A DNA stretch of 64,000 nt from Candidatus Saccharimonadales bacterium (GCA_050730855.1 JBOHNU010000002.1:23820-87819), one strand, 5' to 3'. Shown: positions 16,003 through 25,803, numbered from the stretch's first letter. Numbers and translations are program-made. The notes: generated by a model not told the origin, from the sequence alone.

Positions 16003-17859
16003 TTAACGGCTTGCGGTAGTTTTAGTGCTGCGACGGGGACTATTGAGCCAGAGTAAGAATGCCGAAAGAGCGATGAGGCTCCCCGCTGCTCCCAAGACGA
16101 CCACCATGTTCATGCCCGTGGCCGCCAATCCAAGTACCGGATGGCTGGTGTTGCAGTCCGGGTCGTCAGTACTAGCCGTACCTCCGCTGACAGTAGGGTG
16201 GCAATTGCTGTGTGCCGCCAGGATGGTATTGTCTAGGTTGCTGTTGGCGAGGCTCCCCAGAAATTCGACTTTTACAGCGTAGGTTACGGTGACGGTTTGG
16301 CCGTTGGCTATATCGCCAGCAAATTCTAGCGTGTTGCCGCTCACGCTGGCCGTACCTGCCGAGGCGGGACTGACCGACGGTGAGCCTATAAGTTCGGCGT
16401 CGTCTAGTACGTCGGTCAGATCGTCGTCGATTTTTAGGTTAATAAGGTCGGTCGTCCCCGTGTTTTGGATAGTAAGCGTGTAGGTAACGGTTTGCCCGGA
16501 TTTGACTGTTGTGCCCTCACTTGGGTCTGCGATTTTATTGACGGTGTAACTGCCGACTTGCACTAGTACGTCCTCTACCTCCCCGGCGCTAGCGGAGCTG
16601 ATGGGCTGCGGGTCGGCTACGGTGCCGCTGAACATACGGAACCGAGCGTAGGTGTTAGTGGTAAATGTTGTGCTAGGGAATGTTAGTTCGTATACGGCCG
16701 TTCCCGAGCTTGCCGGAATTGTGGCTGTGACGCGCTCGCCTGGCTCGAAAGTGCCGTCGCTGTCTAGGTCGATCCATCCTGCCAGCGTTGCGTCAGACGA
16801 ATTGTTGTTGGTGACTGTGGCGGGTATAGCGAGAGTCGTTGGTGTGCTGGGTGTGGCTACGATGTGCGTTACGCCGCGTTCGTCGTCTATATCATCGTCG
16901 TCATCGCCGGTAGCGTTGGCGCCGGGGAAGCCGTCGGTCTCGATGTCGATTTTTGTACCCAGCATAAGCGGTGCGGTGTTGGTTGTGCTGTTAAAGCCAG
17001 GGACGCTGTGCCGAGGGCCATCATCGGCCAGTAATGTGCCGTACGATGAAGGCGCGTCGCCGAAATCAATGGGGATTATGGCCTGTGCACATCGGGCACC
17101 GTCATTGCTGCCGGAAGAAGGGCCGGTAGAAAACAGTGCCGTGTCCTGTGTGCTGACGTTTGTGCGCCAGATATTGCCGGTGCTGTTGGAAGACGAGTAC
17201 AGGAACCCGTCGGCGTCGGCGTAATTGGCGCCGATGGTGCGGCTGGTGCCAGTAATGCCGGACAAAACTCCCAGGCTCGACCACGTTTTGCTTGTCCGAT
17301 TGAAAGCCCAAAGTGTTACGGTGTTGGGGCCGGCGCCGTCGTCCATGGTGCGGTAGAGGTTATCCGTGCCAGTAACCCATGCCCAGTCAGCTCCCGCAGT
17401 TCCGGTGGGACCGGCTGCTGATCCCGAAGTGATCAGCGTCGGCGTGGCAGCAGTGAGGTCAACTTGGTACCAGTTGTCATTGCTGCTGTTGATAAACCAA
17501 TAATGCCCCTTGTCGTCAACGTCGCCAATGATGATTTGATGGCCGCCGACATGCGAGTAGCCGCTGATGCTTAGGTTTTCGGCTGTATGGTCGTTGTGGA
17601 TACGGACGAGTGTTTCCTGTGTGTGATCCCAGCCGTAAACAAACTGGTCTTTTACGTTATACCCAATGGCGTTTATGGTGCGGTTGGCGATAGGGCTGCC
17701 GGAAGGCTGGGAATCGTCCCCGGTAACCATATCGATGTGATGCACCTGCGTATTGGTGCCTCCAGGATACTGGAACAAAATGCCGTGCGTTTCGCACAGC
17801 GGGAACGGCGCCGTCTCGCCGTGTCGGCCGGGGAGCGATAGAATGACAAGCGCCAGCAA
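16003..17859 (-). CDS. cell-wall-anchored surface protein with GEVED and DUF11-type repeat domains and an LAATG sorting signal
   Basis: C-terminus is GLAATG, then a hydrophobic stretch, then RRSTK (sorting signal). IDFGDAPSSYGT...GEVEDV matches a GEVED domain. VTYTLTIQNTGTTDL matches a DUF11 repeat. The TTG start and a weak signal peptide leave the N-terminus uncertain. Confidence 0.75.
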   Translation of the reverse strand: MLALVILSLPGRHGETAPFPLCETHGILFQYPGGTNTQVHHIDMVTGDDSQPSGSPIANRTINAIGYNVKDQFVYGWDHTQETLVRIHNDHTAENLSISGYSHVGGHQIIIGDVDDKGHYWFINSSNDNWYQVDLTAATPTLITSGSAAGPTGTAGADWAWVTGTDNLYRTMDDGAGPNTVTLWAFNRTSKTWSSLGVLSGITGTSRTIGANYADADGFLYSSSNSTGNIWRTNVSTQDTALFSTGPSSGSNDGARCAQAIIPIDFGDAPSSYGTLLADDGPRHSVPGFNSTTNTAPLMLGTKIDIETDGFPGANATGDDDDDIDDERGVTHIVATPSTPTTLAIPATVTNNNSSDATLAGWIDLDSDGTFEPGERVTATIPASSGTAVYELTFPSTTFTTNTYARFRMFSGTVADPQPISSASAGEVEDVLVQVGSYTVNKIADPSEGTTVKSGQTVTYTLTIQNTGTTDLINLKIDDDLTDVLDDAELIGSPSVSPASAGTASVSGNTLEFAGDIANGQTVTVTYAVKVEFLGSLANSNLDNTILAAHSNCHPTVSGGTASTDDPDCNTSHPVLGLAATGMNMVVVLGAAGSLIALSAFLLWLNSPRRSTKTTASR

Positions 17860-18081
17860 TGCTCAAAACTGCGTGCCACGAAACCCCTCTCTTGTTGTTC
17901 GACACAAACCTGTTAGTTTTACCGATGTTCCGCACTGTAACCCCCATTTATATGCATCATTATAGTAACTTGCTCATGTTTTTCAAAAATATTTCTACGG
18001 CCACTACTAGCCTTGCGCCGGACTTTCGCAATCTGTAGAATTAATATAAGCAAAAGTATTGTAATAGATTCTGGAGGTCGG

Positions 18082-19146
18082 ATGAAAACGCGAGTAGTAA
18101 TTAATGGATTTGGGCGTATCGGGCGTTCGGCGTTTAAGATTGCATTTGAGAGGAGCGACCTGGAAATCGTCGCCATCAACGACCTTGCCGATACTAAAAC
18201 TCTTGCGCATTTGCTCAAACACGACAGCAACTACGGCGTCTATAGCCAGGAAGTAAACTTTGACGAGCAAAACATTATTGTCGCCAGCCAGAAAATCCGC
18301 GTTTACGCCGAGAAAGACCCGGCCGCCCTGCCTTGGAAAGACCTGAGCGTCGATGTAGTCATAGAATCAACAGGTCTTTTTACCGATCCCGAAAAAGCCC
18401 AGGCGCACATTAACGCGGGGGCTAAGAAAGTGATCATCAGCGCGCCCGCCAAGGGCGACAGCGCCGACACAATCGTGCTGGGTGTAAACGAAGACAAACT
18501 TGAGACGGCGACTGATGTGATTAGCAACGCCAGCTGCACCACCAACTGCATTACGCCGGTGGCGGCAATCATTGAGGCCAACTTCGGTATAGAAAAAGCC
18601 ATGATGACCACCGTCCACAGCTACACCGCCAGCCAACGTTTGCAGGACGCTCCAGCTAAAGATCTGCGCGAGGCGAGGAGCGCAGCCGAGAACATCGTAC
18701 CCACCACCACCGGCGCCAGTATTGCCGCGGCCAGGGCAATGCCGTCGCTCAAAGACCGCTTCGGCGGCATGAGTATCCGCGTGCCGACCCCCGTGGTAAG
18801 CCTTAGCGACTTTGTTATAATCACCAAACGCAAGGTCACGGTCGAGGAAGTCAACGAGGCCTTTAAAAAAGCCGCCGCAGAGCCGTACTACCAGGGCATT
18901 CTAGCCGTCACCGAGGAAGAATTAGTAAGCAGCGACTTCATCGGTAACAGCCACTCCGCCATCGTCGATCTTAATTTAACAGCGGTCATCGACGGCAACA
19001 TGCTCAAGGTCGTCGCTTGGTACGACAACGAATGGGGATACAGTAACCGCCTGGTCGAAATTGTGGCCGACACAGGCGCAATTTTGCACAAGGGCGGCGA
19101 CAACACGCCGCAAATCCAGGAGGTGGCCGTAAACGGGCAGGTTTGA
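18082..19146 (+). CDS. gap: glyceraldehyde-3-phosphate dehydrogenase
   Basis: INGFGRIGR and SNASCTTNC active site. Start trimmed to ATG 18082, which follows GGAGG. Confidence 0.95.
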   Translation: MKTRVVINGFGRIGRSAFKIAFERSDLEIVAINDLADTKTLAHLLKHDSNYGVYSQEVNFDEQNIIVASQKIRVYAEKDPAALPWKDLSVDVVIESTGLFTDPEKAQAHINAGAKKVIISAPAKGDSADTIVLGVNEDKLETATDVISNASCTTNCITPVAAIIEANFGIEKAMMTTVHSYTASQRLQDAPAKDLREARSAAENIVPTTTGASIAAARAMPSLKDRFGGMSIRVPTPVVSLSDFVIITKRKVTVEEVNEAFKKAAAEPYYQGILAVTEEELVSSDFIGNSHSAIVDLNLTAVIDGNMLKVVAWYDNEWGYSNRLVEIVADTGAILHKGGDNTPQIQEVAVNGQV

Positions 19147-19147
19147 G

Positions 19148-19600
19148 ATGGGTTCTAAGATTTTTATCGGCGCTGACCACAACGGCTTTGACATGAAGGC
19201 TTTTATAGCCGAGGAGCTAGCCCGGCTCGGCTACGAAGTTACTGACGAAGGCGACCAAGCCCGCAACCCCGACGACGACTTTCCGCAGTTTTCCGAGCAA
19301 GTAGTTACCGGCATGAAGGCGACGGGCGACCAAGAGGCGCGCGGCATCCTTATCTGCGGCAGCGGCCAGGGAATGTGCATTGCCGCCAACCGCTTTAAGG
19401 GCATCCGCGCCGCGCTGGTGTGGAACGAGCACGAAGCCCGCGCCGCCCGCAACGACGACGACAGCAATATTTTGTGCCTACCCGCCCGCTCCATTAGCAA
19501 CAAACAAGCACTGGGTATCGCGCAAACTTGGCTGCGCACGCCATTTGCCGCCGCCCCGCGCTTTAAGCGACGTATAAAACAAATCGACGAATTGGGCTAG
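19148..19600 (+). CDS. rpiB: ribose-5-phosphate isomerase B
   Basis: IFIGADHNGF and ICGSGQGMCIAANR are the RpiB/LacAB signature. Confidence 0.9.
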   Translation: MGSKIFIGADHNGFDMKAFIAEELARLGYEVTDEGDQARNPDDDFPQFSEQVVTGMKATGDQEARGILICGSGQGMCIAANRFKGIRAALVWNEHEARAARNDDDSNILCLPARSISNKQALGIAQTWLRTPFAAAPRFKRRIKQIDELG

Positions 19601-19609
19601 AGACGCCAG

Positions 19610-19732
19610 TTATTTCCAGTACAACCCTTTTTTGATGATCATATTTTCGTTCGGTTTTGGCAAAACTATCCGCCTGCGTGTTAACTTGGTTGCGGTTGTC
19701 TTTTTATCCTGAGGTTTTGCCTGCTTATTCAT
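19610..19732 (-). CDS. possible 40-aa highly basic peptide
   Basis: Below the ORF-track length cutoff. My own translation is MNKQAKPQDKKTTATKLTRRRIVLPKPNENMIIKKGLYWK. The ATG lies 5 nt after the stop of the upstream 2-TM protein gene. Confidence 0.2.
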   Translation of the reverse strand: MNKQAKPQDKKTTATKLTRRRIVLPKPNENMIIKKGLYWK

Positions 19733-19736
19733 ATGT

Positions 19737-20171
19737 TCATAATACTATAAGCAGTCCTATAGCTCCAAATGAGGCCATCGCCGCGGATGTAAGCGTCATT
19801 CGCCAATGTGCGTTGTTGACACGCTGATTGTATGTAATGGCTTTCTGTGTGTCAGCCAGAAGTTGTAGCACTAGGGCTTCTCGGTTGAGTTCTAGATATT
19901 CGGGGAAGTCGTCCAGCAAAACGGATGCGCCCAGATATTTTTTGGACTGTAGGGCTAGGGCGGCAAATACGAGCGAGATAGCGGGCGGAGCAACCGCCGC
20001 CAACATCCACCAACCAAGGTCAGACAGGCCGGCAACAAAAATAAGCAGGGTGACATCGACCGCCACAATACCGAGCGATTTGTTATCGATGCTGTCGCCG
20101 CGCGACATAATTGTCGCTAGCAGGTTTTGCTGCGTGTTTAGTAGTGGTTCGAGATCTTGCTTGTCAGCCAT
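19737..20171 (-). CDS. hypothetical membrane protein with central TM hairpin
   Basis: Start taken at MADKQD (ATG 20171). SIDNKSLGIVAVDVTLLIFVAGL and WWMLAAVAPPAISLVFAALAL are TM helices, and there is a C-terminal TM segment. No enzyme motif. Confidence 0.5.
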   Translation of the reverse strand: MADKQDLEPLLNTQQNLLATIMSRGDSIDNKSLGIVAVDVTLLIFVAGLSDLGWWMLAAVAPPAISLVFAALALQSKKYLGASVLLDDFPEYLELNREALVLQLLADTQKAITYNQRVNNAHWRMTLTSAAMASFGAIGLLIVL

Positions 20172-20209
20172 AAGCGGTATACTCTTAAAATGAGTTAAGG
20201 CGATTATAC

Positions 20210-20860
20210 ATGGCAACGAACAAAAAAGTCACTATCTGTCCTACCGTTACCGCACGTTCGTCTGACGAGTATCGCGAGCAAATGGAGCGGCTGGCGCCGT
20301 TTGTGCGGCGTATACACATCGATGTTGCGGACGGCGTTTTTACACCGGTAAAGCTGTCTTCGCTCAAAAGCGTTTGGTGGCCGCACGGTGTTACGGCCGA
20401 CTTACATGTGATGTTCCAGCGGCCGTTCGGCCACACGGCCGATTATCTGCGCCTTGCGCCGCAGCTTGTAATTGTCCACGCCGAGGCCGAGGGGCAGTTT
20501 TTGCCGTTCTCCAGCCGCATGCGCGCCAATAGCATCCGTGTTGGCGTAGCGCTAAAACCGCACACCTCTGTCGAAAAGATTAAACAGGCACTGGACTGGA
20601 TAGATCACGTCTTAATATTTTCGGGCAACCTCGGCCACTTCGGCGGGCAGGCCAACACGCATCTTCTTACAAAGGCGCTGCATATGCGGCGGCTTAAGCC
20701 CGAGCTGGAAATCGGCTGGGACGGTGGCATCAACATCCAAAACGCCAATTTATTGGCGGCCGGTGGCGTCAACGTTTTAAACGTCGGCGGATTTATCCAG
20801 CACGCGCACAATCCGCGAGCGGCGTACGAACAGCTTCGCGGTGCAGTCGGTCTAAAATAG
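20210..20860 (+). CDS. rpe: ribulose-phosphate 3-epimerase (divergent)
   Basis: TIM-barrel pattern ICPTV...HIDVADGVF...HVM...VHAE...GNLGHFGGQ...DGGI, and pentose-phosphate gene context. Confidence 0.7.
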   Translation: MATNKKVTICPTVTARSSDEYREQMERLAPFVRRIHIDVADGVFTPVKLSSLKSVWWPHGVTADLHVMFQRPFGHTADYLRLAPQLVIVHAEAEGQFLPFSSRMRANSIRVGVALKPHTSVEKIKQALDWIDHVLIFSGNLGHFGGQANTHLLTKALHMRRLKPELEIGWDGGINIQNANLLAAGGVNVLNVGGFIQHAHNPRAAYEQLRGAVGLK

Positions 20861-20918
20861 CCGGCTTTTGAAAAGCGAAGCTCACAGTGTAATATGAAAA
20901 CATAAAGGGTAACGACTT

Positions 20919-21776
20919 ATGCGTCAGATATTCTCGATTGAAGAATTGGAATTAAAAGCGAACGAGATTCGCGAAGATATTATTAAGATGCTTTTAGAGG
21001 CCAAAAGCGGTCACTCCGCCGGGCCGCTGGGGCTGTCCGATATTTTTACGGCACTGTACTTTAATGTTCTAAAACACGACCCGAAGCGGCCGGATTGGGA
21101 GGAGCGCGACCGGCTGGTGCTAAGCAATGGCCACTGTTGCCCGGTGCAGTACGTGGCAATGGCGCACGCCGGTTACTTTGAAAAGTCCGAGCTAAAAACG
21201 CTGCGCAAGTTTGGCACGCGCTTACAAGGCCACCCCGAACGCACACGCCTGCCCGGGCTGGAGACAACCAGCGGCCCGCTAGGCTGCGGCCTTAGCCAAG
21301 CTGCCGGCATGGCGCTGGGTCTGCGTATGGATAAAGTGCAACACCGCTGGGTTTACTGTGTGGTCAGCGACGGTGAGCACGACGAAGGCAATTTTTGGGA
21401 GTCGGTTATGTTGATCGGCAAGTACAAGCTCAATAACCTAACCGTTCTTGTCGACCGCAACAACATTCAGATTGACGGCCCGACAGAAGTGATAATGCCG
21501 CTCGAAGACCTGCGCGCCAAGTGGGAAGCCTTTGGCTGGCACGTGCTCGAGATTGACGGCAACGACATCGAGGCTGTCATCGACGCCTGCAGCATGGCTA
21601 AAGCAATTGTGGAAAAGCCGGTGGTCATAATCGCCCACACCATCCCAGGCAAGGGCGTGGATTTTATGGAGTACGATTTCCATTGGCACGGCGCGCCGCC
21701 CAATGCCGAGCAAGCCAAAGACGCGCTTTCGCAGCTGCGGACGCTTGGCGGAAAAATCAGGAGCGAGCATGAATAA
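20919..21776 (+). CDS. transketolase, N-terminal (TPP-binding) subunit
   Basis: GHSAGPLG, SNGH and VVSDGEHDEGNFWE motifs. Split-type transketolase. Confidence 0.9.
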   Translation: MRQIFSIEELELKANEIREDIIKMLLEAKSGHSAGPLGLSDIFTALYFNVLKHDPKRPDWEERDRLVLSNGHCCPVQYVAMAHAGYFEKSELKTLRKFGTRLQGHPERTRLPGLETTSGPLGCGLSQAAGMALGLRMDKVQHRWVYCVVSDGEHDEGNFWESVMLIGKYKLNNLTVLVDRNNIQIDGPTEVIMPLEDLRAKWEAFGWHVLEIDGNDIEAVIDACSMAKAIVEKPVVIIAHTIPGKGVDFMEYDFHWHGAPPNAEQAKDALSQLRTLGGKIRSEHE

Positions 21777-22764
21777 ACATCATCTTGTAGCGGATTTACA
21801 GGCAAAAGATATAAAGCAGGAGTCCAACCGCAAGGGCTTCGGCCGGGGGCTGCTCAAAGTTGGCAAACAACACGACAAAGTGGTTGGCCTGTGCGCTGAC
21901 CTTTCCGAAAGCACGCAGATGAAGGCCTTCGCCGACGAGTTCCCGGACCGCTTTGTGCAGGTAGGCGTGGCCGAGCAAAACCTGGTGACCACCGCGTCCG
22001 GCTTGGCGGCTATGGGTAAAATTCCATTTGCCAGCAGCTACGCGGCGTTTTGCCCGGGACGGTGCTGGGAGCAAATCCGCACCACTATTTGTTTGAACGA
22101 ACGGCCGGTTAAAATTGTCGGCTCGCACACCGGGTTGAGCGTGGGGCCGGATGGCGCTACGCACCAGATGCTTGAAGACATCGCCCTGATGCGCAGCCTG
22201 CCGCACATGAAGGTCTTTGCGCCCTGCGACGCCCTGGAAGCCGAGCGTATAACGCTGGCTATGGTTAAAGACCCCAGCCCCAATTACATCCGCCTCAGCC
22301 GTGCCGACACGCCAGTGTTCACCACCGACCATACGCCGTTCGAAATCGGCAAAGCCTACGTTTACCGCGAAGGTCACGACGTAACCATCGTCTCTACCGG
22401 CGGCCTGACCTACCAAGCACTGCTGGCCGCCGAAATCCTAGAGAAAGACGGCATTCATGCTGAAGTTATACATGTGCCAACCATCAAGCCACTGGACGAC
22501 AAAACAATCCTGGCAAGCGCGCAAAAAACCCGCGCCGTCGTAACGTGCGAGGAAGGGCAGATTGCTGCAGGGCTGGGCGGAACCGTGGCCGAGCTTCTGT
22601 CTGAGCGCCTGCCAACACCGATGAAGCGCGTCGGTATGCAAGACCGTTTCGGCGAGTCCGGCCAGCCCGACGAACTGGCCGAACACTTTGGCTTAACTGC
22701 CATACATATCGCCATGAACGTCCACCACGTACTCGACCACAAAAAGATTAGGGGCAGTAAATGA
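21769..22764 (+). CDS. transketolase, C-terminal (pyrimidine-binding) subunit
   Basis: Start at ATG 21769 (MNKHHL), overlapping the upstream stop by 8 nt. VGVAEQNLV and GPDGATHQ motifs. Confidence 0.9.
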   Translation: MNKHHLVADLQAKDIKQESNRKGFGRGLLKVGKQHDKVVGLCADLSESTQMKAFADEFPDRFVQVGVAEQNLVTTASGLAAMGKIPFASSYAAFCPGRCWEQIRTTICLNERPVKIVGSHTGLSVGPDGATHQMLEDIALMRSLPHMKVFAPCDALEAERITLAMVKDPSPNYIRLSRADTPVFTTDHTPFEIGKAYVYREGHDVTIVSTGGLTYQALLAAEILEKDGIHAEVIHVPTIKPLDDKTILASAQKTRAVVTCEEGQIAAGLGGTVAELLSERLPTPMKRVGMQDRFGESGQPDELAEHFGLTAIHIAMNVHHVLDHKKIRGSK

Positions 22765-23804
22765 ATCTGGAGCTATTGGAAGAAACCTGTAAAGCGCTAG
22801 CGGCGCCGGGCAAGGGGCTGCTGGCCGCCGACACCAGCATGGCCAGTACCAAAAAACGCTTCGACAGCGTGGGTGTGGAGTCTACCGCCGAGACGCGCGG
22901 CGAATACCGCGGCCTGCTGTTTGGCACGCCAAATATCGAAAACTACTTGACCGGAGTTATTTTGTTCGATGAAACCTTCTGGCAAACCGGCCAGAACGGG
23001 CAGCTGTTTCGCAAGGCACTCAAAAGCAAGGGTATCCTGCCGGGCATAAAGGTAGACAAAGGACTGGTCGATCTGCCCGGCTTCCCGGGCGAAAAGGTTA
23101 CACAGGGTCTCGACGGTCTGCCCGAAGCACTCCAAAAGTACTCTGCTGCCGGCGCGAGGTTTGCCAAGTGGCGCGCGGTTATCGCGATTGGGGACGGCAT
23201 CCCTACAAATGAATGTGTCGTTGCAAACGCCGTAAACCTGGCGCGTTACGCCCGCCTGTGCCAGCAAGAAAACATCGTGCCGATCGTCGAGCCAGAAGTG
23301 CTGTTCGACGGCGCACACTCCGCCAGCCAGTGCGAGCAAACCATGGCACACACCCTCGACATGCTGTTTAAGATTATGCGTGCCTACCGCGTGCATTTAC
23401 CCGGCGCCATCCTAAAAACCAGCATGGTGCTGCCGGGCAAAGACAGCGGCACGCCGATTGACCCAGGCGATGTTGCGGAACGCACCGTGCGCGTTTTGAC
23501 CGGTCACGTTCCAAAAGAGCTGGGCGGCGTGGTGTTCCTAAGCGGCGGCCAGACTCCCAATGACGCATTCGTTAACCTCAACCGCATTGTGCGGCATGGC
23601 TCACACCCCTGGAGCTTGACGTTCTCGTACGACCGCGCCCTACAAGACCCGGTGCTAAAAACCTGGGCGAAAGATCGTTCTAACACTGGCGAGGCGCAGC
23701 GCGTATTCGAGCATCAGTTGCAGTTAGCTGCGGCCGCCTGTAAAGGAGAACTTGACGAAACGGCGCTAAGCCGCGACAATTTCGTGAGTAAGGGGCAGGA
23801 TTAA
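22761..23804 (+). CDS. fructose-bisphosphate aldolase, class I
   Basis: GLLAADTSMASTKKRF, ILFDET and PGIKVDKG (Schiff-base Lys region) are typical of class I FBA. Confidence 0.85.
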   Translation: MNLELLEETCKALAAPGKGLLAADTSMASTKKRFDSVGVESTAETRGEYRGLLFGTPNIENYLTGVILFDETFWQTGQNGQLFRKALKSKGILPGIKVDKGLVDLPGFPGEKVTQGLDGLPEALQKYSAAGARFAKWRAVIAIGDGIPTNECVVANAVNLARYARLCQQENIVPIVEPEVLFDGAHSASQCEQTMAHTLDMLFKIMRAYRVHLPGAILKTSMVLPGKDSGTPIDPGDVAERTVRVLTGHVPKELGGVVFLSGGQTPNDAFVNLNRIVRHGSHPWSLTFSYDRALQDPVLKTWAKDRSNTGEAQRVFEHQLQLAAAACKGELDETALSRDNFVSKGQD

Positions 23805-24763
23805 TGAAGTTTGTTTCTATCGGGGCGGCAGTACAAGATGTTTACTTAAGCAGGAGTGAGGCGTTAAAACCCATTAAAGAGGCCGACGGGGAATTTTACG
23901 CCGAACTTAAAATGGGCGGCAAGGCCGATGTCGACCAAATTAATTTTAGCACCGGCGGCGGCGCGACAAATGCTGCCACAACGTTTGCTCGGCAAGGTCA
24001 AACCAGCATTTTTATGGGTGCGATCGGTGAGGATCCGGCCGGAGAGGCGGTGCGGCAAGAGCTGAAGCGCGAGCAAATAGACGCACGGCTGACTGTTTCA
24101 AAAAAACACAACACAGGATATTCGGTAATTCTGCTGGCAAGTAATGGAGAGCGAACGGTGCTTACTTATCGTGGCGCATCGACGCACTACGAATCGGCTC
24201 ATTTCGATTTGTCCGATTTCGGCCACGTGGACTGGCTGTACATGTCTAATCTATCTGGAGCCGTGGACATTTTGGAAAAGTTGTTTAAGCAAGCAAAAGA
24301 ACTGGACATTAAGGTTGCCTGGAATCCGGGGAAAGCCGAACTAAAACAGCGGGAAAAACTCAAGCAGCTGTTGCCGTTTATAGAAGTATTGATTGTAAAT
24401 AAAGAAGAAATGCAATCGATTGCGGCAGGCGAGAAGCTCGAAGATTTAGCGCGTGCAGGCAGCAAACTCGTGCCGGTTGTGGTCATTTCGGATGGGCCAA
24501 AAGGGGTCGGCGCAACCGATGGTAGAACGTACATAAAGGCCGGCGTATACGAGGACGTGAAAGTGGTAGACAGAAACGGTGCAGGTGACGCGTTTGGCTC
24601 GGGTTTCGTGTGTGCCTGGGCGCAGGGCAAGTCGTTGCGCGAAGCGGTTACGTTCGCTAGTGCTAATTCGACTTCGGTAGTGAACAAAGTGGGTGCCAAG
24701 ACTGGCATTCTGAAGGCCGATGCTAAAATTCACGACATGGAAATGGGGGAAAAGCCGCTATGA
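23804..24763 (+). CDS. PfkB-family sugar/sugar-phosphate kinase
   Basis: Ribokinase-like fold with GGGATNAA and NGAGDAFGSGF motifs. 1-nt overlap with the aldolase gene. Confidence 0.8.
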   Translation: MKFVSIGAAVQDVYLSRSEALKPIKEADGEFYAELKMGGKADVDQINFSTGGGATNAATTFARQGQTSIFMGAIGEDPAGEAVRQELKREQIDARLTVSKKHNTGYSVILLASNGERTVLTYRGASTHYESAHFDLSDFGHVDWLYMSNLSGAVDILEKLFKQAKELDIKVAWNPGKAELKQREKLKQLLPFIEVLIVNKEEMQSIAAGEKLEDLARAGSKLVPVVVISDGPKGVGATDGRTYIKAGVYEDVKVVDRNGAGDAFGSGFVCAWAQGKSLREAVTFASANSTSVVNKVGAKTGILKADAKIHDMEMGEKPL

Positions 24764-25761
24764 ACGAGCTGCGGATATTCTGCGTCGGAGACATAATTAG
24801 TGGTGCTTTTATAACTTTGTCAGAGGACTATGTAACAGTAAGTACCGACGATAAAGGCTACAAGCGGATGAGTTTCGAGCTGGGTGCGAAATTGCCATAC
24901 AAGCAATTAGATGTAGTTAAGGCCGTAGAGTGCGCCCCCAACGCCGCCGTGGCTATGGCGCGGCTGGGGCTTGGCTCCAGCCTAATGGCCTGGCTCGGCG
25001 ACGACGCGGTTGGCCAGGAAATGATCGCTTATCTTAAGGAGCAAAAAGTCGGCACCGAAAATCTGGCCGTCGAAGCGGGAAAGAAGTCGAATTATCATTT
25101 TTATTTAAAATATGGTGCCGACCGTACAAAGCTGCAAAGGTTCGAAGATTATTCGTACCAATGGCACGAGCCGGCACAAAAGCCGGACTGGCTGTACTTG
25201 GGCGTGCTGGGCGAAAATACCTGGCCACTGCATGAGGCGATGCTGAGCTACCTGGAGCAAAACCCCGGCATTAAACTAGCGTTTCAGCCTGGTATGTATC
25301 ACTTGCTGTGGGGGGTTGAAAAAATGGCTATGTTCTATCGCCGCGCCGAGATTGTTGTTTTGAACCGCGAGGAGGCGGCACAGGTTACTGGCAAGGATCG
25401 TGGCGACGTCGCCGGATTGATTAGCGCACTACACGAGCTAGGTATAAAAATAGCTGTCATTACCGACGGACCTGACGGTGCCTATGCTTCGGATGGTCAA
25501 AAAATACTGTTCATGCCGATTTATCCTGATGTAGCCGCACCAGTCGACCGCACTGGAGCTGGCGATGCTTTTGCGTCGACGCTGACTGCTGCTTTGGCAA
25601 TGGGCGAGCCGCTCGAAACGGCGCTCTCTTGGGCTCCCGTCAACAGCATGCATGTCACGCAATTTATAGGCGCACAGGAAGGTTTATTACCGAAGGCTCG
25701 GCTCGAGGAGTTTTTACAAAAAGCGCCAGCCGATTACAAAGCGACCGTGTTCCAAGGCTAG
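24760..25761 (+). CDS. PfkB-family sugar/sugar-phosphate kinase (second paralogue)
   Basis: TGAGDAFASTL anion-hole motif. ATGA overlap with the first kinase. Confidence 0.8.
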   Translation: MNELRIFCVGDIISGAFITLSEDYVTVSTDDKGYKRMSFELGAKLPYKQLDVVKAVECAPNAAVAMARLGLGSSLMAWLGDDAVGQEMIAYLKEQKVGTENLAVEAGKKSNYHFYLKYGADRTKLQRFEDYSYQWHEPAQKPDWLYLGVLGENTWPLHEAMLSYLEQNPGIKLAFQPGMYHLLWGVEKMAMFYRRAEIVVLNREEAAQVTGKDRGDVAGLISALHELGIKIAVITDGPDGAYASDGQKILFMPIYPDVAAPVDRTGAGDAFASTLTAALAMGEPLETALSWAPVNSMHVTQFIGAQEGLLPKARLEEFLQKAPADYKATVFQG

Positions 25762-25803
25762 TATTTTATACGCGAACTCGCTTGTGGTAATCTGTTTGTA
25801 GAT

